In this document: piece by piece, positions 10,694 to 20,983 of the stretch | Numbering within the stretch: position 1 is the stretch's first letter | Layout: each line of letters opens with the position of its first letter | IMG/VR virus record: IMGVR_UViG_3300037484_000445 | Coordinates: 131,863 to 195,862 of that record | Strand: one strand, 5' to 3' | Origin: a virus | Lineage: Duplodnaviria > Heunggongvirae > Uroviricota > Caudoviricetes | Length of the DNA stretch: 64,000 nucleotides | Program-made: the position numbers and the translations under genes | Notes under the pieces: model-generated | Seen by the model: the letters and a program-made list of their open reading frames with translations, nothing else | The model's database searches: none | Told to the model about the DNA's origin: nothing

Positions 10694-11431
10694 ATGAGTT
10701 TTGACTTCTTAGGCACTTTCAACCGGTCGCAGTTCGAGAGGTTCCTGGTTTTTGCCAGGTCCCAGCTACCTCTTGTAGACGGGCGTATTCAGCACCTTCA
10801 AGCTGAAGTGTCTCGCATTGGGACCGTGATGTTTCGTTATACCAAGGGGGTTCCACAAGGATTCGCTGCCAATCCGGCCAACTCCTATCTAGGTAAGCTG
10901 TTGGGTGCTTATGAAGTGTTAGGCGGCAACCCCTTCATTGATCTCAGGGTACGTCTACGCAGTGATCCTGTATTCAAGCTCAAGGGCACCGAAAGTAGTC
11001 CTTCCCAGTTCATGAGCAACGGGGAGGTAATCGGCGGGAAAGGCCTCTCTGACGCGCCTACTTCTGAATTGATGCTTGAGGCAAGGGATTGGCTTACGGA
11101 CACCCTCAGGTCTCGATTTGACAGCCTGGAGAGGAAGATCCGTCGAGCTATGGACTATTCGGATGAGCTTCAATCCGAGATAGCTACTCTGAAGACCATT
11201 CAACTGTCGGCCACCACTGTGGGGTCTTTGGAGTACATTGCCGCACAAATCAATCAGTATCTGAGCGACCAGAACTATAGAGCCGTTTTCGATGACCGTG
11301 GTGGGGACGCCTATGGCTTCCATGTGTATGCGCCATTCAGCTCTTACGATGTTGTTGGTAGTCGCGTGAGTGATACGCCTCAGCGACAGAATTCGGGCTA
11401 TGTCGGCCCGGGAGAGTCGGGTACCGGATGA
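10694..11431 (+). CDS. Hypothetical helical structural protein
   Basis: 245-aa ORF, ATGA-coupled to the gp25-like gene. Confidence 0.7.
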   Translation: MSFDFLGTFNRSQFERFLVFARSQLPLVDGRIQHLQAEVSRIGTVMFRYTKGVPQGFAANPANSYLGKLLGAYEVLGGNPFIDLRVRLRSDPVFKLKGTESSPSQFMSNGEVIGGKGLSDAPTSELMLEARDWLTDTLRSRFDSLERKIRRAMDYSDELQSEIATLKTIQLSATTVGSLEYIAAQINQYLSDQNYRAVFDDRGGDAYGFHVYAPFSSYDVVGSRVSDTPQRQNSGYVGPGESGTG

Positions 11432-12579
11432 GCTACGATCGTCTGATAGAACACGTGTGCCCGCACATGGTGGTGGAAGAACCTCTTTACCTATCTGTTG
11501 ATCGGCAAGTGGTGAGGCCATTACGTCCTATTGCCGCAGCGGCAACCGTCAAAGTCCGTTTCAATGGCGAGATTGACGTACCTTCGTATGGCTCTTCTAT
11601 CCCGGCTCAGGCGACGGGTTCAAAGTCGGGACCCTTCACGATTCAAGGTGGTGTCAATGACAAGCTCGTATTCACCGTAGGTGACTCGAGTCCTCAGACC
11701 CTAACACTACCCTCGGGGAGAGAACTCCCAGCCTCTAAAATCGTTGACATCTTGAATCGAACGGCGAAGGACATAGCCTTCACTGTTACCACCAAGAGGC
11801 AGATCCGAGTCACCACTTACAGGAATGGCCCTGCTGCAACCTTGTTCCTTCAATCTACGGGGAGCACCGCGGCTGCAACCTTGGGACTTTCTGTAAACCG
11901 TAATTGGCGAGGAAAGACGGTTGTTCCTGGTTGGAGCATTGTCAGCGATCCTAACACTTTGGAAGACCGTCCGACGAGGCTCATCATTTTCGATCACCCT
12001 CTCAAGGGGTACACCGACTATGTTGAAATCAATTACACGACGATCCGACAAGAGTGTCGTCGTTGTGGTGGTTTGGGGATAGAACACGACTGGCGCTACA
12101 ATGCCGGTGGTGGCCTTGTCAAAGTTGAGGGTCATGATCTTTTGCTTCAAGAGGTCATGAAGATTACCTACACTGTCCTCGGTAGTAACAGATTTCATAC
12201 TTGGTATGGGACCAATGTCATCAATTCGATTGGTAAAAAGCTGAGTTCTACAGGCATCGTGCAGAACATGATCCTATCAGAGATCAGCGACGCTTTTCGT
12301 CGTTGGCAGACTGTAAAGCGCCAACAAGAGGAGACCATTGGGCAGCTGGTCTCTGATGAGGAATACCCCTTCAGACTCTCAGTTGTGAACTTGCAGCAGT
12401 CGGATCAAGACCCTACGATTATACTTGTGAACGTTGTTGTGCAAAGCCGTTCCAACAGGACCATTGAGATTGTGCGTGGCGTCAAGGTGCCTATGCCAAT
12501 CGATCTTCTAGGTTCAACCCAGCAGCAACAACTCTTCAACCAAACCATTCCCAACTACTCGATCATACAGAACGCATAA
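11428..12579 (+). CDS. Baseplate wedge protein with C-terminal gp25/GpW-like domain
   Basis: LVKVEGHDLLLQEVMKITYTVLGSNRFHTWYGT matches the gp25 pattern (l..v.G...l.Q.i...l.T..G.r...P.YG); lies directly before the baseplate J-like gene. Confidence 0.75.
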   Translation: MSYDRLIEHVCPHMVVEEPLYLSVDRQVVRPLRPIAAAATVKVRFNGEIDVPSYGSSIPAQATGSKSGPFTIQGGVNDKLVFTVGDSSPQTLTLPSGRELPASKIVDILNRTAKDIAFTVTTKRQIRVTTYRNGPAATLFLQSTGSTAAATLGLSVNRNWRGKTVVPGWSIVSDPNTLEDRPTRLIIFDHPLKGYTDYVEINYTTIRQECRRCGGLGIEHDWRYNAGGGLVKVEGHDLLLQEVMKITYTVLGSNRFHTWYGTNVINSIGKKLSSTGIVQNMILSEISDAFRRWQTVKRQQEETIGQLVSDEEYPFRLSVVNLQQSDQDPTIILVNVVVQSRSNRTIEIVRGVKVPMPIDLLGSTQQQQLFNQTIPNYSIIQNA

Positions 12580-12581
12580 CC

Positions 12582-15500
12582 ATGGCTACCGCACCTCAAA
12601 TATCGCTTAGGGACGGAAGTGGTTACACTCAGAACTTGGTCCTCACGACCAATCTGGAGAGTATTACCATTACGGGTTTGGTTGACACCAACACGGTGGA
12701 CCTACAAGTCTCTTTGAACGGCGGGGCTTTCGTTTCGGATCCTACCCTCGTAGCGCTCAATAGCCAGAACTTCACGGTTCCGAACCCCTCTTCATACCCA
12801 GACGGGATCCCGTTGGATCTTGGGGTGAATACAATATCCATTCGAGCCATCGACATTGTGGGTGGGGTTAGTTCTCCCTCGACGGTGACGATCACTCGAG
12901 TCGATGCCGTAGGAGACTTGGAGCTACTCATCCCTTCGGGTATAAGGGTTAATCGTAAGCGATCGTCCGTTGATATCCTAGCGGCCCAGCCTTCCAGCTT
13001 CTACCTACAAGGTTCCGTAGACAACCCTCTGAACTTTGAGTTTCGAGGGTTCAACTTCTACGCCTCGACTAGTCCCGCCGGGACGTCGGGCTACTATAAG
13101 GTCAACGATCAACCCATAACCCAGACATCCACGTACGAAGAGGACTTAGAAGATATCTCGGCTCAAAACGTCGTCTTCACACCTCAAGGCAACATTCGTG
13201 TGAAGGTTACCCAAGAAGACGACTTCAATGTCGAGCTTGTGACTGTTTTGGATGTTGTTACCCCGGGCATAACATTCGCCGGGCAACTCAAGTTCGTGAG
13301 TACTCTGCAGACACGAAGTTTGACGAACTTCATCTACTTCAACCATGTACGGACTTCGGGGCCTAACGCGGATCAATTCGTTGATGTCGATTCAACGTCC
13401 CCCTTGTATTACGTGGTTACGGGAGTATTCTACGACACTATCCAGAGCAGGGAGTTCGAGACACCCTACTCCCAAGAGGCCCTAGGAACTCCACTGGTCA
13501 TCGATACCGCCATTCGGGATCTTCCTGGACGCACGCAGCTTCAAATTGTAACGAACTTCATCCAAGCAATTTTGCGTGTAGATGCCCTGATTTCTTTGAA
13601 TCCAGGATCGACAACTCGTGATGTGGAAATCGATCCCTTTGCGTCTGAAGCCGAGCGCCTTTGGTTCATTTGCGACTTCATACACAGATCCTCGAGTTTG
13701 CTCACACTTCTGCAAGTCGATGACGCCAATGGCGATAGTGTTTCGGATTCAGTAGCCAGCAGCTCCTACAAGCAGGCTCTGAAGGCAGCTTTAGGCTTCC
13801 AGACTGACACGGCCGTACAACAGCTGATCGACACGCAATTCGATAAGCTAGCGGGAAACTACCAGAAGACTCGATTACCCGGGCGTCCTTCAGTAGGTCA
13901 AGTTGTCTTCTACTCCACTACACGTCCCACTAAGGACGTGCCCATTGCCTCGGGCACAATAGTTTCCGCAGATGAGGATACGGCCAACAATCTCCCTGCC
14001 GTTAGATTCCTGGTTGGTGGGAGTTATACGATTGTCGCAGCCCAAGCCGACGCCTATTACAACTTCAATACTCGACGCTACGAGATCACCGTCGATATCA
14101 CAGCGGAGACCATAGGGTCCAACGGTAACCGTCCCGCGGGACAAATCCGCAACGTTTCTGGATCTGTGGGCACCTTCCAGGTCATCAACAATGAAGCCAC
14201 GGTGTTCGGCACAGATAGGGAGACCAATGCTTCCTTGGCTGCCCGGGCTATGTTGGGCTTCGTTTCTGTCGATACTGGCACTGAGGGTGGGTACACCGCC
14301 ACCTCGGCTTCTCAGGTGGGTATTGTAAAGACCAAGGTGGTAAAGTCCGGTGATCCCCTAATGATGAGGGATTACGACGATGTTCGACACAAGCACATCG
14401 GGGGTAAGGTTGACATTTGGATCCAAGGTCTTCGTGAGCGTACGGTCACGGAACGCTTCGCCTTCACCTTTGAAATAGCTAGGGATATTAGGTGCCAGAT
14501 CCTGGATTTGGCCAACTTGATTTTCCGCGTCCTTGATAGTCGTGTGACTACAAACACCCCTATCACCGAGATCCTCAACAACCCTGTTCAGGGCCTTGGC
14601 GTCAGGAACGTCTCACAGGGGTTGAATTACGATCTCTCCGGCGTTACCATTTTGGACTATCAAACCTTCCAACTCAACACGGCCATTCCTCAGCCTTCTA
14701 CGGCCATCAATGACATTGTGACGGCGGACTATCGTTTCCGATCCGTCAACTTGTTTCAGTTCACAATGCAGCCTGTTAGGCGTGTCGTGTCTGTGGTGGG
14801 TGAAGCCTCAGGGGCCTTGGACAATTCTTTGGGTTTTGACCTTTACAAGACCGACGACCCGCTGTTGACCGGTGAGAGCACGATTGCCCAAGATTACCTA
14901 GTCATCAACCAAGTTGGGGGTATCCCAACCGGCGCCACTATCACGGTCAACGACGAACAGCACGTCCTGATAGGGTTCTTTGATGAGCCTTTGAGCTCTA
15001 TAGGTATCAACACTGCCACCATTCGAGTGTTCAACCAAACTCGAAGTATTGAGTATTCGGGTCCTAGTGCGGCAAACCCGGATTTCGACATTATCTTGGG
15101 TACTGCGACCACTCCAGCCAAGATTGTGAGGTCGAATCCTTCAACCATCGTTAGCGGCCAGACTGTGAGCGTTGACTACACGCACGATGAGAACTTCACT
15201 GTCTCGTATGTGATCAACGACTTGCTGCAACAGCTTCAGCGAACCATCAACAGTCGTCGTCACGTAACGGCCGATGTCTTGGTAAAGCAAGCCATCCTGA
15301 ATTCGGTTGAACTGGAAAGCACTGTGCAGTTGAAATCGGGAGCTAACAAGGACAAGGTTGACCCAGCTGTTCGATCTTCGGTTTCCTTGGAGTTGAACCA
15401 AAAGCTCATTGGTCAGGGATCGGCACAATCCGATGTCGTCAACGCTATAGACTCGACGGACGGCGTGGACTTCCAAGTTTTGCCAATGGCTCGAATGGGT

Positions 15501-16019
15501 TATGCTGATGGCTCTCGAAGGATGCGTGAAACGGTCCTTTCCACTAGCACACAAGTGCCAAGCTTGGATATTGGAGGTAACCAGGTATTCATTCTGGCTA
15601 ACGCCCTTCAGTTCCCCACGACCGATGGGGGTGGCCTGAAGACGGAACATCGTGGGGTTTTCCAAGACGATGTGCTCTTGGTTATGGCTGCAGACCTTTT
15701 GCTTGTAGGTCAATACGCCAACCAGTCGTACATCATCGGGCATACCGGGGCTATCATCACAGGGTACAGCGATGACGCTACTTTGATCTCGGAGGGTTTC
15801 ACCAACTTGGCTGATATTGCCGCTGAGCGTTTGGTGCGAACCGCTGATCGAGTTCTCATTAGCTTGTCTGGAGCTGGAATCCCTCCGGATCAGCCTACCA
15901 ACCATGCCTATGCCGTGAGCTACATTGTTCGAAGTGATATTGGCCCACACGACATTACTGCCTCACAAGTTGAATTCCTCGATCTAGGCAACTTCACTCT
16001 CACTGTGAAAGAGGCCTAA
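12582..16019 (+). CDS. Baseplate J-like / gp6-like wedge protein (enlarged)
   Basis: NPGSTTRD, FDKLAGNY..TR, GSNGNRPAGQI and GTDRETNASLAARA are baseplate-J hallmark motifs. Confidence 0.85.
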   Translation: MATAPQISLRDGSGYTQNLVLTTNLESITITGLVDTNTVDLQVSLNGGAFVSDPTLVALNSQNFTVPNPSSYPDGIPLDLGVNTISIRAIDIVGGVSSPSTVTITRVDAVGDLELLIPSGIRVNRKRSSVDILAAQPSSFYLQGSVDNPLNFEFRGFNFYASTSPAGTSGYYKVNDQPITQTSTYEEDLEDISAQNVVFTPQGNIRVKVTQEDDFNVELVTVLDVVTPGITFAGQLKFVSTLQTRSLTNFIYFNHVRTSGPNADQFVDVDSTSPLYYVVTGVFYDTIQSREFETPYSQEALGTPLVIDTAIRDLPGRTQLQIVTNFIQAILRVDALISLNPGSTTRDVEIDPFASEAERLWFICDFIHRSSSLLTLLQVDDANGDSVSDSVASSSYKQALKAALGFQTDTAVQQLIDTQFDKLAGNYQKTRLPGRPSVGQVVFYSTTRPTKDVPIASGTIVSADEDTANNLPAVRFLVGGSYTIVAAQADAYYNFNTRRYEITVDITAETIGSNGNRPAGQIRNVSGSVGTFQVINNEATVFGTDRETNASLAARAMLGFVSVDTGTEGGYTATSASQVGIVKTKVVKSGDPLMMRDYDDVRHKHIGGKVDIWIQGLRERTVTERFAFTFEIARDIRCQILDLANLIFRVLDSRVTTNTPITEILNNPVQGLGVRNVSQGLNYDLSGVTILDYQTFQLNTAIPQPSTAINDIVTADYRFRSVNLFQFTMQPVRRVVSVVGEASGALDNSLGFDLYKTDDPLLTGESTIAQDYLVINQVGGIPTGATITVNDEQHVLIGFFDEPLSSIGINTATIRVFNQTRSIEYSGPSAANPDFDIILGTATTPAKIVRSNPSTIVSGQTVSVDYTHDENFTVSYVINDLLQQLQRTINSRRHVTADVLVKQAILNSVELESTVQLKSGANKDKVDPAVRSSVSLELNQKLIGQGSAQSDVVNAIDSTDGVDFQVLPMARMGYADGSRRMRETVLSTSTQVPSLDIGGNQVFILANALQFPTTDGGGLKTEHRGVFQDDVLLVMAADLLLVGQYANQSYIIGHTGAIITGYSDDATLISEGFTNLADIAAERLVRTADRVLISLSGAGIPPDQPTNHAYAVSYIVRSDIGPHDITASQVEFLDLGNFTLTVKEA

Positions 16020-16020
16020 A

Positions 16021-16830
16021 ATGGCAAGGTTCACCCTAGACCTTTCTCGTGTCAACTACTCGATCGTTGCCAAAGGTAAGGAGTATAACCTAAGGATCCT
16101 TAAGAGATCCCAGGCTATCTTTACGACACTCCTCAATCTCTTGCCATCGAACTACATTAGCGCCATAAATGGCCCTAACTATGCAGTTGAGTTGAAGGCC
16201 GTTGCCGTCGAGCTCGCCAAGATTGAAGTGGCCTTAGAGGACATCAACCTAGACCACGACTTCAATCACACCCGATCCGAGTTTCTTTACAGCATGATCG
16301 GGTACATGGTGTTCCTGAACAATCGGTTACCCCCATTGGAATTCAGTGATGTGGAGTTCCGAAAGTTCCTTCTGGCTCTGATCCAGATCTACTTCCAGGG
16401 CTCTGTCCCCGAATCCATCCGGGATGCCGTGGGCTTGTTCATCAGCGAAGACTACACGATCTTGGAGAACTTTCTTCTTGAGCGTGAGGGCGCTTCGGGG
16501 TTGGACATCTCCGATCAATTTGGGTTTCAGATCAACATCGAGACTGGCGGAGTGTTTCCCACGGGACTGTTTGACCTTCAATCGAGCATTCGAATCATCC
16601 TCGATATCATTCGTCCCGCACACACTTTGTTCCGAATCCGCTTTATTTTTAGGGACGACTACCGACCGAACGACCCTATTCGGCGGATTCTCGACTCTAT
16701 GAAGTGGCGACTATCCAACTACTACTACGAGGACTACCGGTCGTATTGGGAGGGCTTCAGGGATGTCGATCGCTTGGGTAAGAAGTTGAATCAGCAGGTT
16801 GTAGGGGAAAACCACAGCAGCGACTTCTGA
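16021..16830 (+). CDS. Baseplate wedge protein, P2 gpI/gp7-like
   Basis: Follows J-like gene; LLNLLPSNY, 'FRKFLLALIQIYFQGS..SIRDAV' and 'IIRPAHT' motifs. Confidence 0.75.
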   Translation: MARFTLDLSRVNYSIVAKGKEYNLRILKRSQAIFTTLLNLLPSNYISAINGPNYAVELKAVAVELAKIEVALEDINLDHDFNHTRSEFLYSMIGYMVFLNNRLPPLEFSDVEFRKFLLALIQIYFQGSVPESIRDAVGLFISEDYTILENFLLEREGASGLDISDQFGFQINIETGGVFPTGLFDLQSSIRIILDIIRPAHTLFRIRFIFRDDYRPNDPIRRILDSMKWRLSNYYYEDYRSYWEGFRDVDRLGKKLNQQVVGENHSSDF

Positions 16831-16838
16831 GGTCTGTA

Positions 16839-19800
16839 ATGATTAATGTAGCCATTCCTACAGATGACACACTTACTTACGACGAAGTCGCCCCTTCGTT
16901 GAACAATAGGGATATTGCGGGCAACCCCACAAACCCTATCTTCAATGCAGCCATCTATAGCGATACGCCGAGTATTAGGGTTCGCAGTTTGTTCACGGAC
17001 AAGGGTCCTATCGCCAAACCCTTATTGGTTCTACAGTCGGGTGTTGGCGCGGTGGTCAATACCGTCACGGAGGTGACTCTTCCAGGAGCTTCTTTGACCT
17101 CGGCCCACGTCGGGTTGTACGTCAGACTTGGGCAGCGTGGCCTTCTGTCTACGTCGACTTCAGCTGTTGTCGGGCTTGATGTCGCGATCTCGGAGGCCAT
17201 TAGTGTACCCGACTCCCTAAAGGTCGAGATCTTCCGACCTTCCAGTATTCGCACAGTCTATACCACTTTGAGTGGTACCTACAAGATTGTGGGTGTCCTC
17301 ACGAGTACCCGCGTTAGACTTCAAGCGTCATTCACGCTTCCTGAAGGGGCCAATGGTACGCTGTATTGGGACTTAGTAGACCCTAGGAATGGCCAAATCG
17401 CTGATGACCCTGCGGACGTCACGGTTCGTATCAATGGTACTACGGTGGTTCCTGACGCGGTTATTGGACTCTTGGGGCAGATTGTCTTGCCTGTAACTCC
17501 CTCGCCTACGGACAACGTTCAGGTTGACTATGCTTGGTGCTTCAATCCAACGGTTGAGTGCCGCCGCCTGAATTCCAAGGAGTTTCGTCTCAATTTTTGG
17601 GACCGTAACAAGGGCTTGGGTGCCAACACCGAACAGCACCGGTACCGTTACAACAATGTGTTGGTGAAGCCAAGTAGCTACGTCACTCTTAATAGCCTGG
17701 GTCGGCAGGTACAGCCCAAGCTTCGTGAACTGCACTATCGGGCCTACGAGAGGGCCTACACTCCGGTTTTCAACGACCCTACAACGCTACTTCTCAATAG
17801 CCCCACACACAAGATCGCCTACCCCTCATCAAGGCGAGAGGTTTCCGAAGAATTCGTTGTGTATGAGGGGACGGTATTGCCCGAGAATGACACTGCTCCT
17901 TGGGTTCGTCATGGAACGGGCGTTACTACGATCTCAGCTGGTGTTCTGACTGTCGTAGACAATTCCACGGGGGTTTTTCCTACAGGTCAGTCGATTTTCT
18001 GGACCAAGGCTCTCGATCTGACCTTCCCTAGCGCTTTTGCCTTGTCTTGGCGTATGCTGATCAACAGTGTACCTGTTCTTGATGGGGTCTTCACGGGAGT
18101 CGGCGCTGGGTATTCCGATGACTTGTTAGCGTTTGTTGTCGGCTTCTTGGACGTTGGTGGCGTCAAGAAAATAGGTTTTTTGAAGCGTGGTTTTGGGGAC
18201 AATCCTTCCGTTGAATCTTCGTGGACAGGTGGCTTGGATACAGACTCCTTGCCAACCGGGCTCCCCGTAGAATTCGATTGGAGTGTTCTGCATAGTTACC
18301 GTCTATTCAAAGATCCAAGCGGTGTGGTTCATCTTCTTGTGGATGGCAACATCGTCGACAGCTTGAGGATCACAACAAATGAAGCTCCTTTCCTTGAGGA
18401 GCTGAATGCGCCCTTTGATGAGCTACAGGGAGTTTTCTTTGGTTCCTTGTCTCGAGTAGCCGAGAACTCTTCAGATTGGGATTTCATACGGTACTTGATT
18501 CTACCTACGAACCCGATTCAAACGAGCCCTTCCTCTTTCGTGAACTATGAAGGAACTGTCAATCCTGAGGTGGCGACTAAGCCTTGGACCCCAGTTGGTT
18601 ACCATGGGACAGAGACCATTCTTGGTGGGACCGCCCTGTTGCTGGATTCCACAAGTGCTACTGACGTTGGGACTTCGGCTCAAGTCGGCTTGATTGGGGG
18701 AGACTTTAGGGGGTTCGTCCGGATGGAGCCCCTGCTGTTGGCCGCCTCTCAAGTGGTCCTAGATGTAGATGTTCAACTCAGGACATACACCCACGGGATC
18801 GACCCATATGGGTTGCTCTTCGCTGTAGACGACGGATCCAGACTCATTCAAGTGACTTTCTTGGCTAGTAGCTCGACGCCCAAGTTGAGTTATGGGGGCC
18901 GCTCATTTCCCGAGGACTTCAGCCCTTACGTTTGGTCCTCTTTGGGTACGGCTACTGCCAGCATGATCGGTAGGGTCCTTCGCATTACGGATTCGTCGAC
19001 TTCTACGGGGAAGGTTTACTTCATCGACGATTTGGCCCCACCTTTGTCGGATGCCCGAGTCGTTGATGTTACCACGGACTACTTCCTCGAGTTCCGGTGC
19101 CGTATGCTGTCCTATACGGCGGATCTAGCGGGTTTTGCTGGGGCGGTTGGCCAAGTTTCTGACGGTACCAGGTCCATTGGCATCATGCTGGAAGATATCG
19201 GGGGCACCAAGTACGTGACCCTGCATTCGGACGGAATTGCTGTATCCTCAGGCCAGTTCGCCTTCAATTGGGGCTCCGCTTATCATACCTACCGTTTGGC
19301 CAAGAACACAGCTGGTAACCTAGTCAGCCTATTCGTCGATGGGGTCTTTTTGGGATCGGTGGCCTACAGTGCTTTTGCTGCGACGCCAGGCACGGCCGTC
19401 ATCTCTTTTGGGTCTTCGACGTCCTCGAGTGTTGCTTCTCGTTCGGTGACTGAGTGGGCCTATTGCAATGCTTGGAGAACGCGTAGTGATCTGAAGCGCT
19501 ACGTTGGCATCTGGAAGGGTTTTGATGACAACGCTCTCACTGGCTACCACCTACCTGTAAAGACTACGGGAATCGGGGCTCAGGTGGCAGGAAACGGCCT
19601 TGGTGACAACGCCGCCGATTTCATTGCCGCTTTAGTCACAGGCGGGGACCAATTGATAGTGGATGTAGGGTCGAATAAGGGGGTCTACACGATTGTAGCC
19701 GTTATCGACGCCAACAACTTAACCATCTCTGTAAGTTGGCCTGTGGCGCCTTCAGTTGTGAGCTATCGAATCATCAAAGAAACTGATTGGTCGACCTCGC

Positions 19801-20966
19801 ACAAGTACCGTCTCACAAAGGACTCCACGGGTGAAGTGGATTTGTTTTTGGATGCTCAACCTGATGCTCTGATCCGCATAGGGTACAACTCCATTGACCT
19901 GCCCGAGAGTGGCGTGGGTATCGTCAAAACCCTATCCAATGGCTTGGCTTCGATTGTGTTTGGATCCTTCAGTCCAGATGACCTTGAACAATCGTGGTGG
20001 GATTTCGTTCGCTACGGGATCACTCGAACTCCAACAGAACGAGAAATAGCGCCTCATCATCAAGTTCTAAATCAGTGGAATGTGATGGAAAGCCCCGAGC
20101 TCTTGACCACCACCATCCCACACCCTTTGACCAGCTACAAGTCGAGCTCTACGGGCATAACTCCGAAGATTGACCCAGACTTTTTGGCAAATACTGGACT
20201 CTCGGCTTTCACGCAACTTAACGATGGTACGCCTTTAGTACCGAGTACACAGACATATGAGGTACGTAAGCCTTACCCGGTTCAAACGAACATTTCGACT
20301 TTGAACACCCCTTCGGATGTTATGGCCAATCAGCCATTCACCATCAATGATGGTGAGATTCAATACGAACTCATCCTCCCGGACGATATTCTGTATTCGT
20401 CTTTGGACGTCATCGAGCAGACAACTGGAGACGATGCACCAATCACCCCCTTTGGGGACCAAATAGGTCCTACTGATTTGGGTATTCAGTATACCCAGAG
20501 GGTGTGCCTAAATTATGTAGCTACTACGTTACCTGAGAACGACACGGCGTCGCCTACTCCTTGGTCTCGACACAGTGACGTTCCTTCCGATGTTATGGCG
20601 TCGGTTCTTGGTGGAATTCTCACCTATCAAACCATTGGGTCTCGTACGGCCTACCTGAACAATACCCCGTTACCGGATGCGCCAAGCCTTGTGACGGAGG
20701 TTCGTTTCCGACTAAGGCTCATCGATGACGCAACTCTTGGGACGGGGGACACTAAGGTTCGTTTTGGTCTTTCGGCCCCAGGGTTGACAGTGGCCTTAGC
20801 CTTCGTCACGACCGTGATGGCGGAGCGCTATGTCCTAGTGGTCGATTTGAATTCAGGCAACTATTTAGGTTCTGTGAGTTTCGATTTCTTAGACGGGGCC
20901 TTCCACAACTATCGCATTGTGCGAGATCCAGGGGCCGGTGTGGTCCAAGTTTTCATTGATGCCTAA
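16839..20966 (+). CDS. Tail/baseplate protein with repeated LamG/concanavalin-like modules
   Basis: About four repeats of 'FDW...H.YRL.K...G.V.L.VDG' and 'Y.G...PE....PW'. Confidence 0.65.
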   Translation: MINVAIPTDDTLTYDEVAPSLNNRDIAGNPTNPIFNAAIYSDTPSIRVRSLFTDKGPIAKPLLVLQSGVGAVVNTVTEVTLPGASLTSAHVGLYVRLGQRGLLSTSTSAVVGLDVAISEAISVPDSLKVEIFRPSSIRTVYTTLSGTYKIVGVLTSTRVRLQASFTLPEGANGTLYWDLVDPRNGQIADDPADVTVRINGTTVVPDAVIGLLGQIVLPVTPSPTDNVQVDYAWCFNPTVECRRLNSKEFRLNFWDRNKGLGANTEQHRYRYNNVLVKPSSYVTLNSLGRQVQPKLRELHYRAYERAYTPVFNDPTTLLLNSPTHKIAYPSSRREVSEEFVVYEGTVLPENDTAPWVRHGTGVTTISAGVLTVVDNSTGVFPTGQSIFWTKALDLTFPSAFALSWRMLINSVPVLDGVFTGVGAGYSDDLLAFVVGFLDVGGVKKIGFLKRGFGDNPSVESSWTGGLDTDSLPTGLPVEFDWSVLHSYRLFKDPSGVVHLLVDGNIVDSLRITTNEAPFLEELNAPFDELQGVFFGSLSRVAENSSDWDFIRYLILPTNPIQTSPSSFVNYEGTVNPEVATKPWTPVGYHGTETILGGTALLLDSTSATDVGTSAQVGLIGGDFRGFVRMEPLLLAASQVVLDVDVQLRTYTHGIDPYGLLFAVDDGSRLIQVTFLASSSTPKLSYGGRSFPEDFSPYVWSSLGTATASMIGRVLRITDSSTSTGKVYFIDDLAPPLSDARVVDVTTDYFLEFRCRMLSYTADLAGFAGAVGQVSDGTRSIGIMLEDIGGTKYVTLHSDGIAVSSGQFAFNWGSAYHTYRLAKNTAGNLVSLFVDGVFLGSVAYSAFAATPGTAVISFGSSTSSSVASRSVTEWAYCNAWRTRSDLKRYVGIWKGFDDNALTGYHLPVKTTGIGAQVAGNGLGDNAADFIAALVTGGDQLIVDVGSNKGVYTIVAVIDANNLTISVSWPVAPSVVSYRIIKETDWSTSHKYRLTKDSTGEVDLFLDAQPDALIRIGYNSIDLPESGVGIVKTLSNGLASIVFGSFSPDDLEQSWWDFVRYGITRTPTEREIAPHHQVLNQWNVMESPELLTTTIPHPLTSYKSSSTGITPKIDPDFLANTGLSAFTQLNDGTPLVPSTQTYEVRKPYPVQTNISTLNTPSDVMANQPFTINDGEIQYELILPDDILYSSLDVIEQTTGDDAPITPFGDQIGPTDLGIQYTQRVCLNYVATTLPENDTASPTPWSRHSDVPSDVMASVLGGILTYQTIGSRTAYLNNTPLPDAPSLVTEVRFRLRLIDDATLGTGDTKVRFGLSAPGLTVALAFVTTVMAERYVLVVDLNSGNYLGSVSFDFLDGAFHNYRIVRDPGAGVVQVFIDA

Positions 20967-20983
20967 ACCACAGTGAGATAACA

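Noticed and set aside
15141-15950. Long antisense ORFs (also 59037..59804, 10955..11521, 11707..12198)
   Set aside because: Lie wholly opposite well-supported genes with no recognisable motifs; codon-bias shadows.
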